From the NCBI GenBank assembly GCA_965205425.1, contig CBDBGZ010000009.1, positions 576,001 through 640,000 on the forward strand: 64,000 bases of DNA. The letters are read 5' to 3'. Source of the stretch: Nitrosopumilus sp. (GTDB lineage: Archaea; Thermoproteota; Nitrososphaeria; Nitrososphaerales; Nitrosopumilaceae). Every line of letters starts with the position of its first letter. Positions within the stretch are counted from its first letter, which is position 1. The notes under the pieces were generated by a model. That model saw only the letters and a list, made by a program, of their open reading frames with translations, did not search any database and was not told the DNA's origin. Shown piece after piece: positions 1 to 10,069 of this stretch. Both the position numbers and the translations under genes were made by a program.

Positions 1-138
1 TTTTGAAAAATCAATTACGGGTAATAGTATTGATTCAGGGATTTGTTTACCATCATTAAGTAATTGAATAGTAGATTCCATTGCTTTGATGACTTTTTCT
101 ATTAATTCATGATCGCGTCTTAATGATGTAGTGGACAT
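1..138 (-). CDS. Hemerythrin-domain protein (5' part; runs off window)
   Basis: Manual translation MSTTSLRRDHELIEKVIKAMESTIQLLNDGKQIPESILLPVIDFSK resembles the HHE/hemerythrin N-terminal helix (LRRDH..I). Confidence 0.6.
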   Translation of the reverse strand, partial: MSTTSLRRDHELIEKVIKAMESTIQLLNDGKQIPESILLPVIDFSK

Positions 139-236
139 ATTTTATTAAAATTAAATCCAATATCTATACCTTATTCATTTTAGAAAAATAATTAAAAGAT
201 AGAAATTAGTTAACGATGATTCGTTAACATGTGGAT

Positions 237-458
237 TTAACGATTAGAAAGGCTATTTGATTTTACAAATGCCCAAATCTTTTTAGTCATCTCACTTGGT
301 GCAATTGGTTTCTTACCAAAGACTTGTTCTACTGTTTCAGAACGTCCTGCAAAACTAATTGCATATCCACCAAATGCTGGTTTTTTAGATTTTGATTTGG
401 TTGCTTTCTTTTTTGGAGCTGCTTTCTTTTTTGTTGTAGTTTTCTTTTTTATTGCCAA
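237..458 (-). CDS. Small basic protein: Lys/Ala-rich tail plus SWIB/MDM2-like domain
   Basis: KKKTTTKKKAAPKKK N-terminus; C-terminal VFGKKPIAPSEMTKKIWAFVKSNSL resembles SWIB (..G..P.SR.EV.KKIW.YIK..L). Confidence 0.65.
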   Translation of the reverse strand: MAIKKKTTTKKKAAPKKKATKSKSKKPAFGGYAISFAGRSETVEQVFGKKPIAPSEMTKKIWAFVKSNSLSNR

Positions 459-494
459 TTTCTTGTAATTTTATTTCAAAGAAAGTATAATAAC

Positions 495-1151
495 TTACAC
501 TTTTAGATAATTCAACACAAGATGGTTTTTGAGCCTCTTGACAGATTTGAGTTGAAGATTAGGAGATTTGGAAATTTTATCAAATCCACTACCTTGAATA
601 AAAGATATCGAATCAGTTCCTCCAATTACAAACGGAGAAAGGGTAACAATTAATTCATCAAAAAGATTTTGTTTTATAAATTCCCAATTTACAGTTCCAC
701 CACCTTCAACTAATATTGTTTCAATTTTTTTCTCTGAAAGTTTTTTCAATAGTGATTTTATATTTACTGACTTTTCTCCAGTAATAATTACTTCAACTGG
801 AAATTTGTTTAATTTTTGTAGATTTGATTTTGTAATGTTTTTTGATACAGCTATTATGGTTGGAATATTATTACATGTCTGTAGAATTTTTGATTTTATA
901 GAAATATCACCTTTAGAATCCAATATTATTCTAATAGGATTTTTCTCTTTAGTATATCGTACAGTTAACAAAGGATCATCTTGAACTAGTGTATTTTTTC
1001 CAATAATTATTCCATCTACTTTAGTTCTTAGTTTGTGCAATCTATGAAAATCTTGTTTTGAAGAAAGTTTTGAGTCACCTGTTCGAGTAGCAATTTTTCC
1101 ATCAACAGATATTGCTGCACTTAAAATTACATACGGCTTATATTTTTCCAT
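495..1151 (-). CDS. arfC: 2,5-diamino-6-ribosylamino-4(3H)-pyrimidinone 5'-phosphate reductase (RibD C-terminal type)
   Basis: AISVDGKIA, GKNT..DDPLL and ILVEGGG motifs; riboflavin operon context. Confidence 0.88.
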   Translation of the reverse strand: MEKYKPYVILSAAISVDGKIATRTGDSKLSSKQDFHRLHKLRTKVDGIIIGKNTLVQDDPLLTVRYTKEKNPIRIILDSKGDISIKSKILQTCNNIPTIIAVSKNITKSNLQKLNKFPVEVIITGEKSVNIKSLLKKLSEKKIETILVEGGGTVNWEFIKQNLFDELIVTLSPFVIGGTDSISFIQGSGFDKISKSPNLQLKSVKRLKNHLVLNYLKV

Positions 1152-2328
1152 ATACTATTTTCCCTCCAATCATTACTGCCTTGATTGCAGATTCAGATGC
1201 TCTATGTACAATTGATGCATGTGGATCATGCATTGGTTCTAAATCTAATGCATGTTTATCTAAGAATATACAATCAGCAATTTTTCCAGATTCAATACTT
1301 CCAATATTTTTATTTAAAATTTTTCCACCATTTACTGTTGCCATTTTAAGAATTTCTTTCGCGTCAATTCTTTTTTTGTGTAACCCCATAGTTACTTTCC
1401 AAATAAAATCCATTTCTCTAAACATATCAGGAGAGTTTATCATCACATTATCTGTGCCTAAAGCCAGTATACAACCTGCTTTTTGCATTAAATCAATATC
1501 AGGAATTCCTTCAGCAAGTGAAGAATTTGCTCTAGGGCAAATTACAATACCTCTTGTTTTTTTAGACGCTATTTTGAGATCAGATTTTGAAGCATATGTC
1601 ATATGAACTAAAAAATCAGGTTTCAGAGCTAAAGCTCGAATGATTTCAGATTTTCCAGTTATTTTTTTTGATTGAGTAATACTTTGTTTAGTTTCAGCAG
1701 AATGAATTGCTCTAATCTTTGATGTTTTTGAATAATAGTTCAATACAGCATTACTATTTTCATTGGCACCACTAACACCAATACCATCACATTTTTTGAG
1801 TAATTTTGTTAATTCATAAGACTTTGTGCTTGGGAATACTGAATTTTTTTTAATGTTTTTGGCATCATGGTATAATTCCATTCTACCTAAAATTATTGAG
1901 CGTAATGGAATATCTTTTAGAACTTTTTTTAATAAAATCACACCATCTAATCCACCTTCTCTAAAATCAACAAAAGTAGTAACTCCTTTTCTAAGCATTG
2001 AATAACACGTATTTTTCATAAAATTTCCTAAAATTTCATTTGATGTATTTTTGAGGATTTTTGATTTTGCTCCAAAGACTGGATGGATTTTTTCATCAAC
2101 TGTATTGTTTAAAGAAATATCTTTTCCAATAGAATCCCCAATATGCGTATGAGCATTTATAAATCCAGGTATTATTAATAATCCTTCACAGTCTAGAGTT
2201 TCTTCTTTTATTATTGGTTTAATTTTTGAATATATTTTTTTAAATTTATCATTTTTAATTTGGATGTCAGTATTCGAAATAAAATCTAAATTTTGACCTG
2301 CTAAAACACTGATATTTTTAATTAACAT
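1138..2328 (-). CDS. Amidohydrolase-superfamily metal-dependent hydrolase/deaminase
   Basis: PGFINAHTHIGD (HxH), IHSAE, LGTDN and GSIESGKIAD motifs. Confidence 0.85.
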   Translation of the reverse strand: MLIKNISVLAGQNLDFISNTDIQIKNDKFKKIYSKIKPIIKEETLDCEGLLIIPGFINAHTHIGDSIGKDISLNNTVDEKIHPVFGAKSKILKNTSNEILGNFMKNTCYSMLRKGVTTFVDFREGGLDGVILLKKVLKDIPLRSIILGRMELYHDAKNIKKNSVFPSTKSYELTKLLKKCDGIGVSGANENSNAVLNYYSKTSKIRAIHSAETKQSITQSKKITGKSEIIRALALKPDFLVHMTYASKSDLKIASKKTRGIVICPRANSSLAEGIPDIDLMQKAGCILALGTDNVMINSPDMFREMDFIWKVTMGLHKKRIDAKEILKMATVNGGKILNKNIGSIESGKIADCIFLDKHALDLEPMHDPHASIVHRASESAIKAVMIGGKIVYGKI

Positions 2329-3074
2329 GATAATTCATAAACTTCAGGTTTTTCCTTGCCTGAATCTCGAATTTCTCTTATAGTATCAAGTGATTGTGTG
2401 GCTAATTTTACAGCCTCTCTTCCAGATTTTGCATTACCTATTCCACAATTCAAAGAAATTTGATCATTATTTTTTACAATATTGATGAAATCTTGTACAG
2501 AATTCTTTGCTTCATTATTTGCTACTACCATAAAATTATCACCACCCATAAAAAATGTAAGAGAGTTTTTTTCTAGAAAATATTTTGACATTTTAGAATA
2601 TAATTCAAAAATTATTGATGAAATTTCATAAGGAGAATCTGTTTTCCTTCTAGAAGTAAGATCATCTACGTCTAAATGCATTATTGAAATTTCTGAATCA
2701 GTTGTATCGTGTACAAATCCAAAAATATTATGTTCTGTGTTTAAAATAATTTTATTTTTCTTTCCTTCATATGCTTTCAAATTTGCTTCAAATGGAGTAC
2801 TTCCAAAACCAATTGAAATTGTTAGTCCAACATCAAATGATTTTTCAAGAATTTTTTGGATTTGAATATGATCCTCCAAAGTAAGGCCATTTGAGACAAC
2901 AAAAAATTCATCAGCCCGATTGAGAAATACCATACAACTTTTATCAGAAAATAATTTTTGAACTTCCTTGTAGAGTGATGCCTGTAGCATTTGAAGTTCA
3001 TGTTCTCTATCACTACCTAATGTTAGTGTCCAAGGACCATATTCAGTGATTTTTAAAATACTTAATTGAATCAT
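2322..3074 (-). CDS. arfA: Archaeal GTP cyclohydrolase III (IIa)
   Basis: YGPWTLTLGSDREHELQMLQA and FFMGGDNFM motifs. Confidence 0.88.
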   Translation of the reverse strand: MIQLSILKITEYGPWTLTLGSDREHELQMLQASLYKEVQKLFSDKSCMVFLNRADEFFVVSNGLTLEDHIQIQKILEKSFDVGLTISIGFGSTPFEANLKAYEGKKNKIILNTEHNIFGFVHDTTDSEISIMHLDVDDLTSRRKTDSPYEISSIIFELYSKMSKYFLEKNSLTFFMGGDNFMVVANNEAKNSVQDFINIVKNNDQISLNCGIGNAKSGREAVKLATQSLDTIREIRDSGKEKPEVYELSC

Positions 3075-3487
3075 TTTTGAATCCTTTTTAGTTCTTCAGA
3101 GATTTTTACAACAGCTTCTACTGCACGTTCTGCAACAGGTCTAATTCTAGCATAAGCATGTCTTTCCTGCATTCCAGGACCTGAAATTCCTAAAGAAACT
3201 GGTTTTTCGTATTTTAGTGACAGATTAGTCAAGGCTTGTGCCGCTGCATGAGAGATAACTTCATCGTGTTTTGTTTGACCCTTAATGATAGCACCTAAGG
3301 TGACTACAGCATCAACATCTTTTTTGTTCAATAGTGCATCAACAATTATAGGCATATCATAGGCTCCTGGAACCATACAAGTATGAGTAATTTTTAATTT
3401 CAATAATTCTGCTTTTTCTTTAGCTATAGAAAGCATCCTAGACGTCACTTCCTCATTAAATTCCGAAAATACTATGGCAATATTCAA
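3071..3487 (-). CDS. ribH: 6,7-dimethyl-8-ribityllumazine synthase
   Basis: SEFN, VPGAYDMP and LGAIIKGQTKHDEVI motifs. Confidence 0.95.
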   Translation of the reverse strand: MNIAIVFSEFNEEVTSRMLSIAKEKAELLKLKITHTCMVPGAYDMPIIVDALLNKKDVDAVVTLGAIIKGQTKHDEVISHAAAQALTNLSLKYEKPVSLGISGPGMQERHAYARIRPVAERAVEAVVKISEELKRIQK

Positions 3488-3489
3488 AA

Positions 3490-4170
3490 TTAATTCACCT
3501 TAGCATATTCTAATAATTCTTTTCCATCAATTAATGGAATTCCATTTTGTTTTGCAAATTTTTCAGCCTTATCAACAGATAGGGCAGCATAAGTTTCAGC
3601 ATCCATCATTTCACAAATTGCAGTAACAGGCGTTAAACCTGCAACTTGAGCTAAATAAACGGACATTTCTGTATGTCCTTGGCGTGCAGCTAACAAACCT
3701 TTGGATGCAATTAACAATGGAACATGTCCTGGAGTTTTAAAAGAAGAAGCAAACTTTTTCTGTTTATTTTCAACATTATAGATTTTAGCCATTTCACTAA
3801 TTGTTAAAGATCTATCTTTATCGGTAATTCCAGTGTATGTTTGATAATGATTTACAGACAATGAAAAAGTAGGATGATCGCCATATGGTGTCAATCCCAT
3901 TATCATTTCTTTATTGGAAATTGATGATTCTGAAAGAATTTCATGCATGTATTGTAACTCGAGTGACGTTGCAAAATTATTATCAATTGCAATGCATAAT
4001 AATCCACCAGCATTTTGACGCATTCGGGCTATATGTTCAGGTGTGACAAATTCTGCAGCTACTACCATATCAATTTCATTTTCTCTACCTGCTGAATCAA
4101 ACAACAAAACAAATTCACCACATTTCAATGATTGCAGTGCAGATTCAAGTGACATATGGAAAAACTTCAT
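3490..4170 (-). CDS. ribB: 3,4-dihydroxy-2-butanone 4-phosphate synthase
   Basis: GRENEIDM, TGITDKDR, FKTPGHV, RQGHTE and ICEM motifs. Confidence 0.95.
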   Translation of the reverse strand: MKFFHMSLESALQSLKCGEFVLLFDSAGRENEIDMVVAAEFVTPEHIARMRQNAGGLLCIAIDNNFATSLELQYMHEILSESSISNKEMIMGLTPYGDHPTFSLSVNHYQTYTGITDKDRSLTISEMAKIYNVENKQKKFASSFKTPGHVPLLIASKGLLAARQGHTEMSVYLAQVAGLTPVTAICEMMDAETYAALSVDKAEKFAKQNGIPLIDGKELLEYAKVN

Positions 4171-4232
4171 AATCTAATTATAAAGTTTACTAAAAAAATA
4201 GTAATTACCACTAAAATTGTAGATAATTGGCT

Positions 4233-4817
4233 TTATTTTAGAATGTATTTTCCAAGAATGTCAGTTTCAATATTAACTTTGTCGCCTATCTTTTTAGTTT
4301 GAAAATTTGTTACATCAATAGTATGTGGAATTAATGAAACTGATGCAAGAGAATTTTTAACATTAACAACTGTTAAACTAATTCCATCAATTGCAATAGA
4401 ACCCTTTTTCACAACATATTTGGACAATTTTTTAGGAACATTAAACCATACTTGTACTTCTTTAGGTTTTTTTACAATTTTTTTAATTATTCCTACACCA
4501 TCAACATGACCCAAAACAAAATGTCCCTCTAAACGTTCACCAGCTTTCAAACTACGTTCAATATTTACAATTCCTCCAACTTTTAAATTTCCAAGATCAG
4601 TTTTTTTAGTAGTTTCCTCAATCATTTCAAAAATACAACTAGATTTAGAAAGTTTTGTTGCGGTAAGACAAACTCCATTTAATGCAACACTTTGTCCAAT
4701 TTTTAATCCCTTTCCATATTTTCCTAAATTTACAGTCATTTGAATAGCACTACGGTTTTTAGTATTTTTAGAAATTTTTTCTACTTTACCAATTCCTTCA
4801 ACAATTCCTGTAAACAT
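4233..4817 (-). CDS. ribE: Riboflavin synthase (bacterial-type alpha chain)
   Basis: N-terminal MFTGIVE, NGVCLT, GHFVLGHVDG and KGSIAIDGISLTV. Confidence 0.95.
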   Translation of the reverse strand: MFTGIVEGIGKVEKISKNTKNRSAIQMTVNLGKYGKGLKIGQSVALNGVCLTATKLSKSSCIFEMIEETTKKTDLGNLKVGGIVNIERSLKAGERLEGHFVLGHVDGVGIIKKIVKKPKEVQVWFNVPKKLSKYVVKKGSIAIDGISLTVVNVKNSLASVSLIPHTIDVTNFQTKKIGDKVNIETDILGKYILK

Positions 4818-4885
4818 GGATCAACTATGAATATTGTGTATAAAATTCTTCATATAGATATACGGATTAATTTTAATGAGAATGA

Positions 4886-5047
4886 CTATTTTCTACTTAA
4901 TTTATCAGTATGACTAGGATCATTTTCTACCGCGTCACGTACTCGTTTTTCTATTGAAGAAATGTGGGAATATCTACATGTATTACTACAGAATTTTTCA
5001 TTTTTACCTTCAAAATTATTACAACAATATTCACAAACAAGTTTCAG
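4886..5047 (-). CDS. Possible small Cys-rich (Zn-finger/TRASH-like) protein without a canonical start
   Basis: Open frame LKLVCEYCCNNFEGKNEKFCSNTCRYSH...DKLSRK*, with CxxC and FCSxxC; only CTG/ATA available as start. Confidence 0.35.
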   Translation of the reverse strand: MKLVCEYCCNNFEGKNEKFCSNTCRYSHISSIEKRVRDAVENDPSHTDKLSRK

Positions 5048-5183
5048 GGTTATATATCATCAATAAAGTATTTTTAAGATTAAAAAATTCATGGTTAAAA
5101 AAATATCAAATATTGTGAAATATTTCTATTTGAGACAAGTTTTATTCTGAAATCGTGACTAGAATGAAGTTATTTGGGTTTAG

Positions 5184-5882
5184 TCAATTTGATTGTTCAA
5201 ATTCATCATCACAAAATTGATGGAAAACAGAGCAATTGTTTTCTTTAGCATCATTTTTTATTTTTTCCATATCTTTGTTAAGAATTCCCTGTGCAGCTAA
5301 AAATGCATTATCAGTCAGCCCCAATTTTTCATACAGGTGAGATTTTGCCAGAGATAATTCTTTTAATTTAGAATCAATTGTTTGTGCTTTATCATAATAG
5401 TCAATGGCATCTTGATAATTTCCCAGATGACTAAGAGAAATAGCCTTATTCATTAATGCAGTAATATCATTAGGATCAATTAGAAGAGATGTGTTATAGC
5501 ACTCAAGAGCTTCTTGATGACGACTTAGTTCATTAAGGGATAGCCCCATACTGTTTAGAACCCATATGTCTTTTGGATTAGTTGAAAGGATTTGTTGGCA
5601 CAATTCCAAAACTTGTTCATATTGTTTTAAATTTTCTAGTGCGAAAATCTTATTTTTTAATGCATAAATATCGGAATTTTTAATTTTTAGAACTTTATCA
5701 CAATATTGAATAGATTCATCGTATTTTTTTAAATAAATTAAAGATAATGAAATATTTTGTAGTGCCACCATATCATTTGGGATTTTTTCAAGTAGATTCT
5801 TACAATAATTATACATTTCATCATATTTTTCAGCATTAAACAATCTAGTAATTACATTTGAAGGATCAAGGAGATCAACCAT
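5184..5882 (-). CDS. Tetratricopeptide repeat protein
   Basis: Repeated TPR helices (ALECYNTSLLIDPND, AIDYYDKA). Confidence 0.85.
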   Translation of the reverse strand: MVDLLDPSNVITRLFNAEKYDEMYNYCKNLLEKIPNDMVALQNISLSLIYLKKYDESIQYCDKVLKIKNSDIYALKNKIFALENLKQYEQVLELCQQILSTNPKDIWVLNSMGLSLNELSRHQEALECYNTSLLIDPNDITALMNKAISLSHLGNYQDAIDYYDKAQTIDSKLKELSLAKSHLYEKLGLTDNAFLAAQGILNKDMEKIKNDAKENNCSVFHQFCDDEFEQSN

Positions 5883-5952
5883 ATACTATTATTGGAAATT
5901 CATTATTCTTTAACCTATTCTAATTAAAATTAATTTTAAAGAAATGAAATAA

Positions 5953-6096
5953 TTATTTTAAAACTTTACGAAGGGTTTCATTCAAAACTTTAGAATAACT
6001 ATATGATGCCTGTTCTTGCTGAATTAGTTTGGCTTGACGTAGTCGAAGTTTTTTATCAAGATCTTCATCAATCATGATTGTTACGCGTTTACTCAT
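5953..6096 (-). CDS. Small ribbon-helix-helix DNA-binding protein
   Basis: MSKRVTIMIDEDLDKKLR alternating beta-strand followed by helices; ATG at 6096. Confidence 0.65.
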   Translation of the reverse strand: MSKRVTIMIDEDLDKKLRLRQAKLIQQEQASYSYSKVLNETLRKVLK

Positions 6097-6271
6097 CGAT
6101 ATCATCAATTTTGTATGAATTTTACAATATAACATTATATGAAAAGTTCCAAAAATGGGATTTTAATTGAAATATTACATGAAACCACATGCTCATGAAA
6201 AATGTAAGCTTTAGCTAGAAGTGATTACAGATCAATGACTGTCAAAATTGATCTTAAGTAAAAAAATGATT

Positions 6272-6622
6272 TTAGTTTTGAATGATAGAAATTACTTGAT
6301 CCATTTTGAATGGTTTTTGAATTAGAGGAATGTTTAGTTTTTCTAATTTTTCTTCAGTCGCAAAACTTCCATCAGCAGTTACAGCAATTATTCGTGCTTT
6401 GGGATCAATATCTTGAATTTTTTTAATTGCATAAAATCCACTTCCATTTGGCATATTTAGATCAATTAACACAACATCAGGTTTTGTTTCTTTGAATAAT
6501 TTAACTGCAGTAACACCATCAAATCCATTACCAATTACATTAATCTCATTTTCTTCAAGGAATTCACTGAATAATCTAACAGTGTCTTCATCATCATCAA
6601 TTACTATTACAGATTTAGGCAT
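6272..6622 (-). CDS. Stand-alone CheY-like response regulator receiver
   Basis: VIDDD, DVVLIDLNMP.GSG, VTA and IQKPF motifs. Confidence 0.92.
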   Translation of the reverse strand: MPKSVIVIDDDEDTVRLFSEFLEENEINVIGNGFDGVTAVKLFKETKPDVVLIDLNMPNGSGFYAIKKIQDIDPKARIIAVTADGSFATEEKLEKLNIPLIQKPFKMDQVISIIQN

Positions 6623-6680
6623 ATCTAGTCATATTACAAAGAGCAGTGCTTTAATATTTTCCATCATTTACAATTTTTGT

Positions 6681-7292
6681 ATGGGTGGTATTGATAGATT
6701 GATTGCATCTGCACTATCATCTGAGATTAAAAAATATCTAGATTTGGAAATTCTAAGGGCCACTGAACGGGAATTATTTTTAGAACATGGAATGTCAATC
6801 AAACTATCAATTGAACATTTTCATAAATTTTCAAGTATTCTTAGAAAAAATTCAAGATTGGATGTAAAGAAATTTGAAAAAGATTGTATTAATAAAATTC
6901 TTAAAATAAAAAAAAGAGATGATAAATTTTTAGTGACAATTATTAATCATGATTTAAGGGATTTAATTTTAGAATTATTTGGGGAAGTTGAAACAAGGAA
7001 AATCATTTCTGTTCTTTTAGAAAATGAATATACTATACCGGAAATTTTGAAAGAATCTAAAGTTCCTAAAACATCTGGCTATAGAAAAATTGAAAATTTA
7101 ATACTTCATGGATTAATTATTGAATCTGGAAAAGTACTGAGCGAAAGTAAAAAAATATCCAAACTACAATGTGTTTTTGAAGAAATAAAATTAGATATAA
7201 AAAAAGATAAAATCCTAGTAATCGGAATGGTAAACGAAAAAATGTTTGAAAAGAGTACTAGTATGAAAATAATTTTAGAATCATTTGAGTAG
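6681..7292 (+). CDS. Thaumarchaeal winged-helix transcriptional regulator
   Basis: Start MGGIDRL at 6681; C-terminal HTH TIPEILKESKVPKTSGYRKIENLI. Confidence 0.7.
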   Translation: MGGIDRLIASALSSEIKKYLDLEILRATERELFLEHGMSIKLSIEHFHKFSSILRKNSRLDVKKFEKDCINKILKIKKRDDKFLVTIINHDLRDLILELFGEVETRKIISVLLENEYTIPEILKESKVPKTSGYRKIENLILHGLIIESGKVLSESKKISKLQCVFEEIKLDIKKDKILVIGMVNEKMFEKSTSMKIILESFE

Positions 7293-7310
7293 TTTTAGTA
7301 GGAAAAAATA

Positions 7311-8165
7311 TTATTTTACAAGATTTAGGAGAGCTTTTGCTTGTTTGAAATGTACTTCATCAATCATTTTCCCATCAACAGTAGTAGCACCTTTACCTTT
7401 CTTTGTGGATTCAAGATAAATTTTGCATACTTTTTCAGCCCAAGATATCTCACTTTTGTTTGGATGAAATAATTTGTGTACAACTGGAATTTGATCAGGA
7501 TGTATGATACTTTTTCCTGTATAACCTAGACTTTTTCCTAATTTACAATCTTTTTCTAATCCCTTAGGATCTTTGAGATCTTGCCAAATAGCATCAATGA
7601 CTGCAATTCCTGCTGCATGAGCATCTACAGATATTTTTCTTCTAGAATATTTTTCGCCTTCAGAATCTTTAGTATATTCAACACCCAAATCATTCAATAA
7701 ATCAAAAACTCCAAAAACCACGGCAGGCACTCTCTTTCCAAAAGATGCAATTTCATACGTGTTTACAACACCTTCTGCAGATTCAATTGATGGAATAATT
7801 AGGATCGGTTTTAGTTTTCGAGTTTTTTCCAAGCTATAAAGAATTTTATCAATTTTTTTCATTTCTTTAATATTATTTACTTTGGGGATTACAATTCCAT
7901 CAACTCCTTTTTGTACAATTTCTTTAAGATCAGTTGGAATTTTTCCAGAACTTGGAGAGTTTGTTCTAACAAAAATTGAAGATTTGTATAGTTTTCTAGA
8001 TTTTAATGCAGTTTTGATTAGTTTTCTAGCATTAGATTTTTCATTATCTGGAACAGAGTCTTCTAAATCAAAACAAACAATGTCAGATTGAAGGTTCTTA
8101 GCTTTTTCTAAGAATCTGGAATTATTTCCAGGTACAAAAATGAGACTACGGAAGAGCTGAGTCAT
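7311..8165 (-). CDS. CitE-like CoA-ester lyase (HpcH/HpaI aldolase/citrate lyase family)
   Basis: RSLIFVPG, FDLEDSVP, GKSIIHPDQI and GKMIDEVH motifs. Confidence 0.9.
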   Translation of the reverse strand: MTQLFRSLIFVPGNNSRFLEKAKNLQSDIVCFDLEDSVPDNEKSNARKLIKTALKSRKLYKSSIFVRTNSPSSGKIPTDLKEIVQKGVDGIVIPKVNNIKEMKKIDKILYSLEKTRKLKPILIIPSIESAEGVVNTYEIASFGKRVPAVVFGVFDLLNDLGVEYTKDSEGEKYSRRKISVDAHAAGIAVIDAIWQDLKDPKGLEKDCKLGKSLGYTGKSIIHPDQIPVVHKLFHPNKSEISWAEKVCKIYLESTKKGKGATTVDGKMIDEVHFKQAKALLNLVK

Positions 8166-8172
8166 TAAATGA

Positions 8173-9252
8173 CTAAGCGCCTTCAGGCTTTAGTAAGATT
8201 TTACCAAAGAGTCCCTTACCGGTTAACATCTTTGTGTGTGCTTCTGCTGCTTGCTCAAATGTATAAGTTGAGTCAATTGCAGCTTTAATCTTACCTTGAC
8301 CCATCCAATAGAGACCTTGATCAAGTTCAGCTTTAGTTCCTTGTGTTGAACCTAAGACGTTAATTCCCTTAAAGAATATGTGTCTAAGATCTATCTGTGC
8401 ATCATACCCTGTTGTAGCACCACATGAAACAAGTGATGAACCATACTTTAACAACTGTAATTGTTTGTTGAAGTGGGTTTGACCAATATGATCAAATGCA
8501 ATATCAATTCCAGGTGCTTCACCTTTTGTTTTTGCTATTTCTTTTGAAATTTTAAAGACTTCTTTACTCCAATCGGGTTGTCTATGATCAACTGCATAAT
8601 CAGCACCCAATTCTTTACATTTATCTAGTTTGTCTGGACTTGCAGTTGCAATAACATCACAGTTGTATAATTTTGCGATTTGAATTCCAAAACTTCCAAC
8701 TCCAGAACCACCACCCATAATGAGTACTGTTTGACCTGGAGTGATTTTTGCTCTTCCTACCAACATGTGCCAGGAAGTAAGAAGTGTCATGGATGCAGCA
8801 GCTGCATCATCATATGAAACTCCTTCAGGAATTTTTGAAACATTAACTTCTGGTAAATGTATTTGTTCAGAGTATGCTCCCCATAAAGGTCCAGTTTGGA
8901 AACCCCAAACTTGTCTTTTCACACAATCAAATTCTCTTCCATCAGTACATGCTTTACAAACTCTGCATGAAAGATTAGAATGAGAAACTACTCGATCTCC
9001 AACTTTGAAATTTGTTACATCTTCACCTACGGCTATTACATCTCCAGCTACATCAGAACCAGAAACGTGTGGAAGAGGAACTGCAACTGGCACTCCTCTC
9101 ATTCCCCAAATATCATTATAATTTAGGGCAGATGCTTTATTGGTAAAAATTACCTCATCTGACTTTGGTTTTGGTTCATCTATATCCTGGACTTTGAGGA
9201 TTTTAGCATAATTATCATCTGGTGCATATTCATTGTATACAACGGCTTTCAT
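8173..9252 (-). CDS. Zn-dependent medium-chain dehydrogenase/reductase (candidate acryloyl-CoA reductase of the HP/HB cycle)
   Basis: GSDVAG, structural Zn motif CRVCKAC...C and Rossmann GGGSGVG; specific function is inference. Confidence 0.8.
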   Translation of the reverse strand: MKAVVYNEYAPDDNYAKILKVQDIDEPKPKSDEVIFTNKASALNYNDIWGMRGVPVAVPLPHVSGSDVAGDVIAVGEDVTNFKVGDRVVSHSNLSCRVCKACTDGREFDCVKRQVWGFQTGPLWGAYSEQIHLPEVNVSKIPEGVSYDDAAAASMTLLTSWHMLVGRAKITPGQTVLIMGGGSGVGSFGIQIAKLYNCDVIATASPDKLDKCKELGADYAVDHRQPDWSKEVFKISKEIAKTKGEAPGIDIAFDHIGQTHFNKQLQLLKYGSSLVSCGATTGYDAQIDLRHIFFKGINVLGSTQGTKAELDQGLYWMGQGKIKAAIDSTYTFEQAAEAHTKMLTGKGLFGKILLKPEGA

Positions 9253-9293
9253 GAGTTAACGAAAATTGTTTCTAAATTTAAATTTTTTCTGAT

Positions 9294-9578
9294 TTATACT
9301 CGATTTATCTTAAAATCACGTTTTGGTTGCTGTGTAGAGAGTAAAATTTGCTTTAATTGATCGTCACTAATTTGGCCAGGTAACTTTCCTTGAGTTGCCA
9401 TACCGATCAAATATTGTTCAACCATATCAGATAACTCAGGTTTCACCATTTTGATATTGTTTAGTCTACTTCGAGCTTCAGGGGTTAGAACTTGCTTTAG
9501 AATTTGCTCTTTTTGTGCAGCTAATTCATGATTAGTGTTATCGATAGGTGGTTGTTCGTTAGAATCTGGAAAATCCAT
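9294..9578 (-). CDS. PDCD5-family double-stranded DNA-binding protein
   Basis: LTPEARSRLNNIKMVKPE and ISDDQLKQIL; next to rps19e as usual in archaea. Confidence 0.92.
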   Translation of the reverse strand: MDFPDSNEQPPIDNTNHELAAQKEQILKQVLTPEARSRLNNIKMVKPELSDMVEQYLIGMATQGKLPGQISDDQLKQILLSTQQPKRDFKINRV

Positions 9579-9585
9579 TTTTAAT

Positions 9586-10038
9586 CTAAGAATATACTTT
9601 TAGTTGTGGGTTTTCAACAATTAGTTCTTTAAGAATTTCTGTTGATAGTCTATCAAGTTTTTGCATTCCTTGTTTAGAAACTATACGGCCTTTCTTCTCA
9701 ACTTTTTCTAAATAGCCAAGTTTTTCTAGTCCTTGAATTGCATTTCTAATAATTGCACCACTAGCATCTTTATGATGTGCAGCGCCATATCCAGAAGGTT
9801 TACCACCGCCATAATCATTTCTTAAAGCATTAATTCCAATTGGACCATTAAGGTAAATTTTTCTCAAAATTGAAGCACATCTTGTATGCCACCATTCTCT
9901 ATTTTGTGGAGGTTTATCTGCATGAGCTCCAGTTTTAACAAATGGAGTCCATGAAGGTGCAGGAATATCTTCATTCTTTAATGCTGAAGATAGTCTTTCT
10001 ATCAATACATCTGCGGGTACATCGTATACCTTTGCCAT
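9586..10038 (-). CDS. rps19e: 30S ribosomal protein S19e
   Basis: VYDVPA, W..FVKTGAH and WW.TRCASILRKIY. Confidence 0.97.
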   Translation of the reverse strand: MAKVYDVPADVLIERLSSALKNEDIPAPSWTPFVKTGAHADKPPQNREWWHTRCASILRKIYLNGPIGINALRNDYGGGKPSGYGAAHHKDASGAIIRNAIQGLEKLGYLEKVEKKGRIVSKQGMQKLDRLSTEILKELIVENPQLKVYS

Positions 10039-10069
10039 AGAGTGAAAAACTCGATAATCGTCTTATAAA

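Noticed and set aside
1112..1606. Antisense ORFs in the track (for example 1112-1606, 11051-11593, 44135-44647, 53910-54284, 63300-63683)
   Set aside because: Shadows of well-supported genes on the opposite strand, with no motifs of their own
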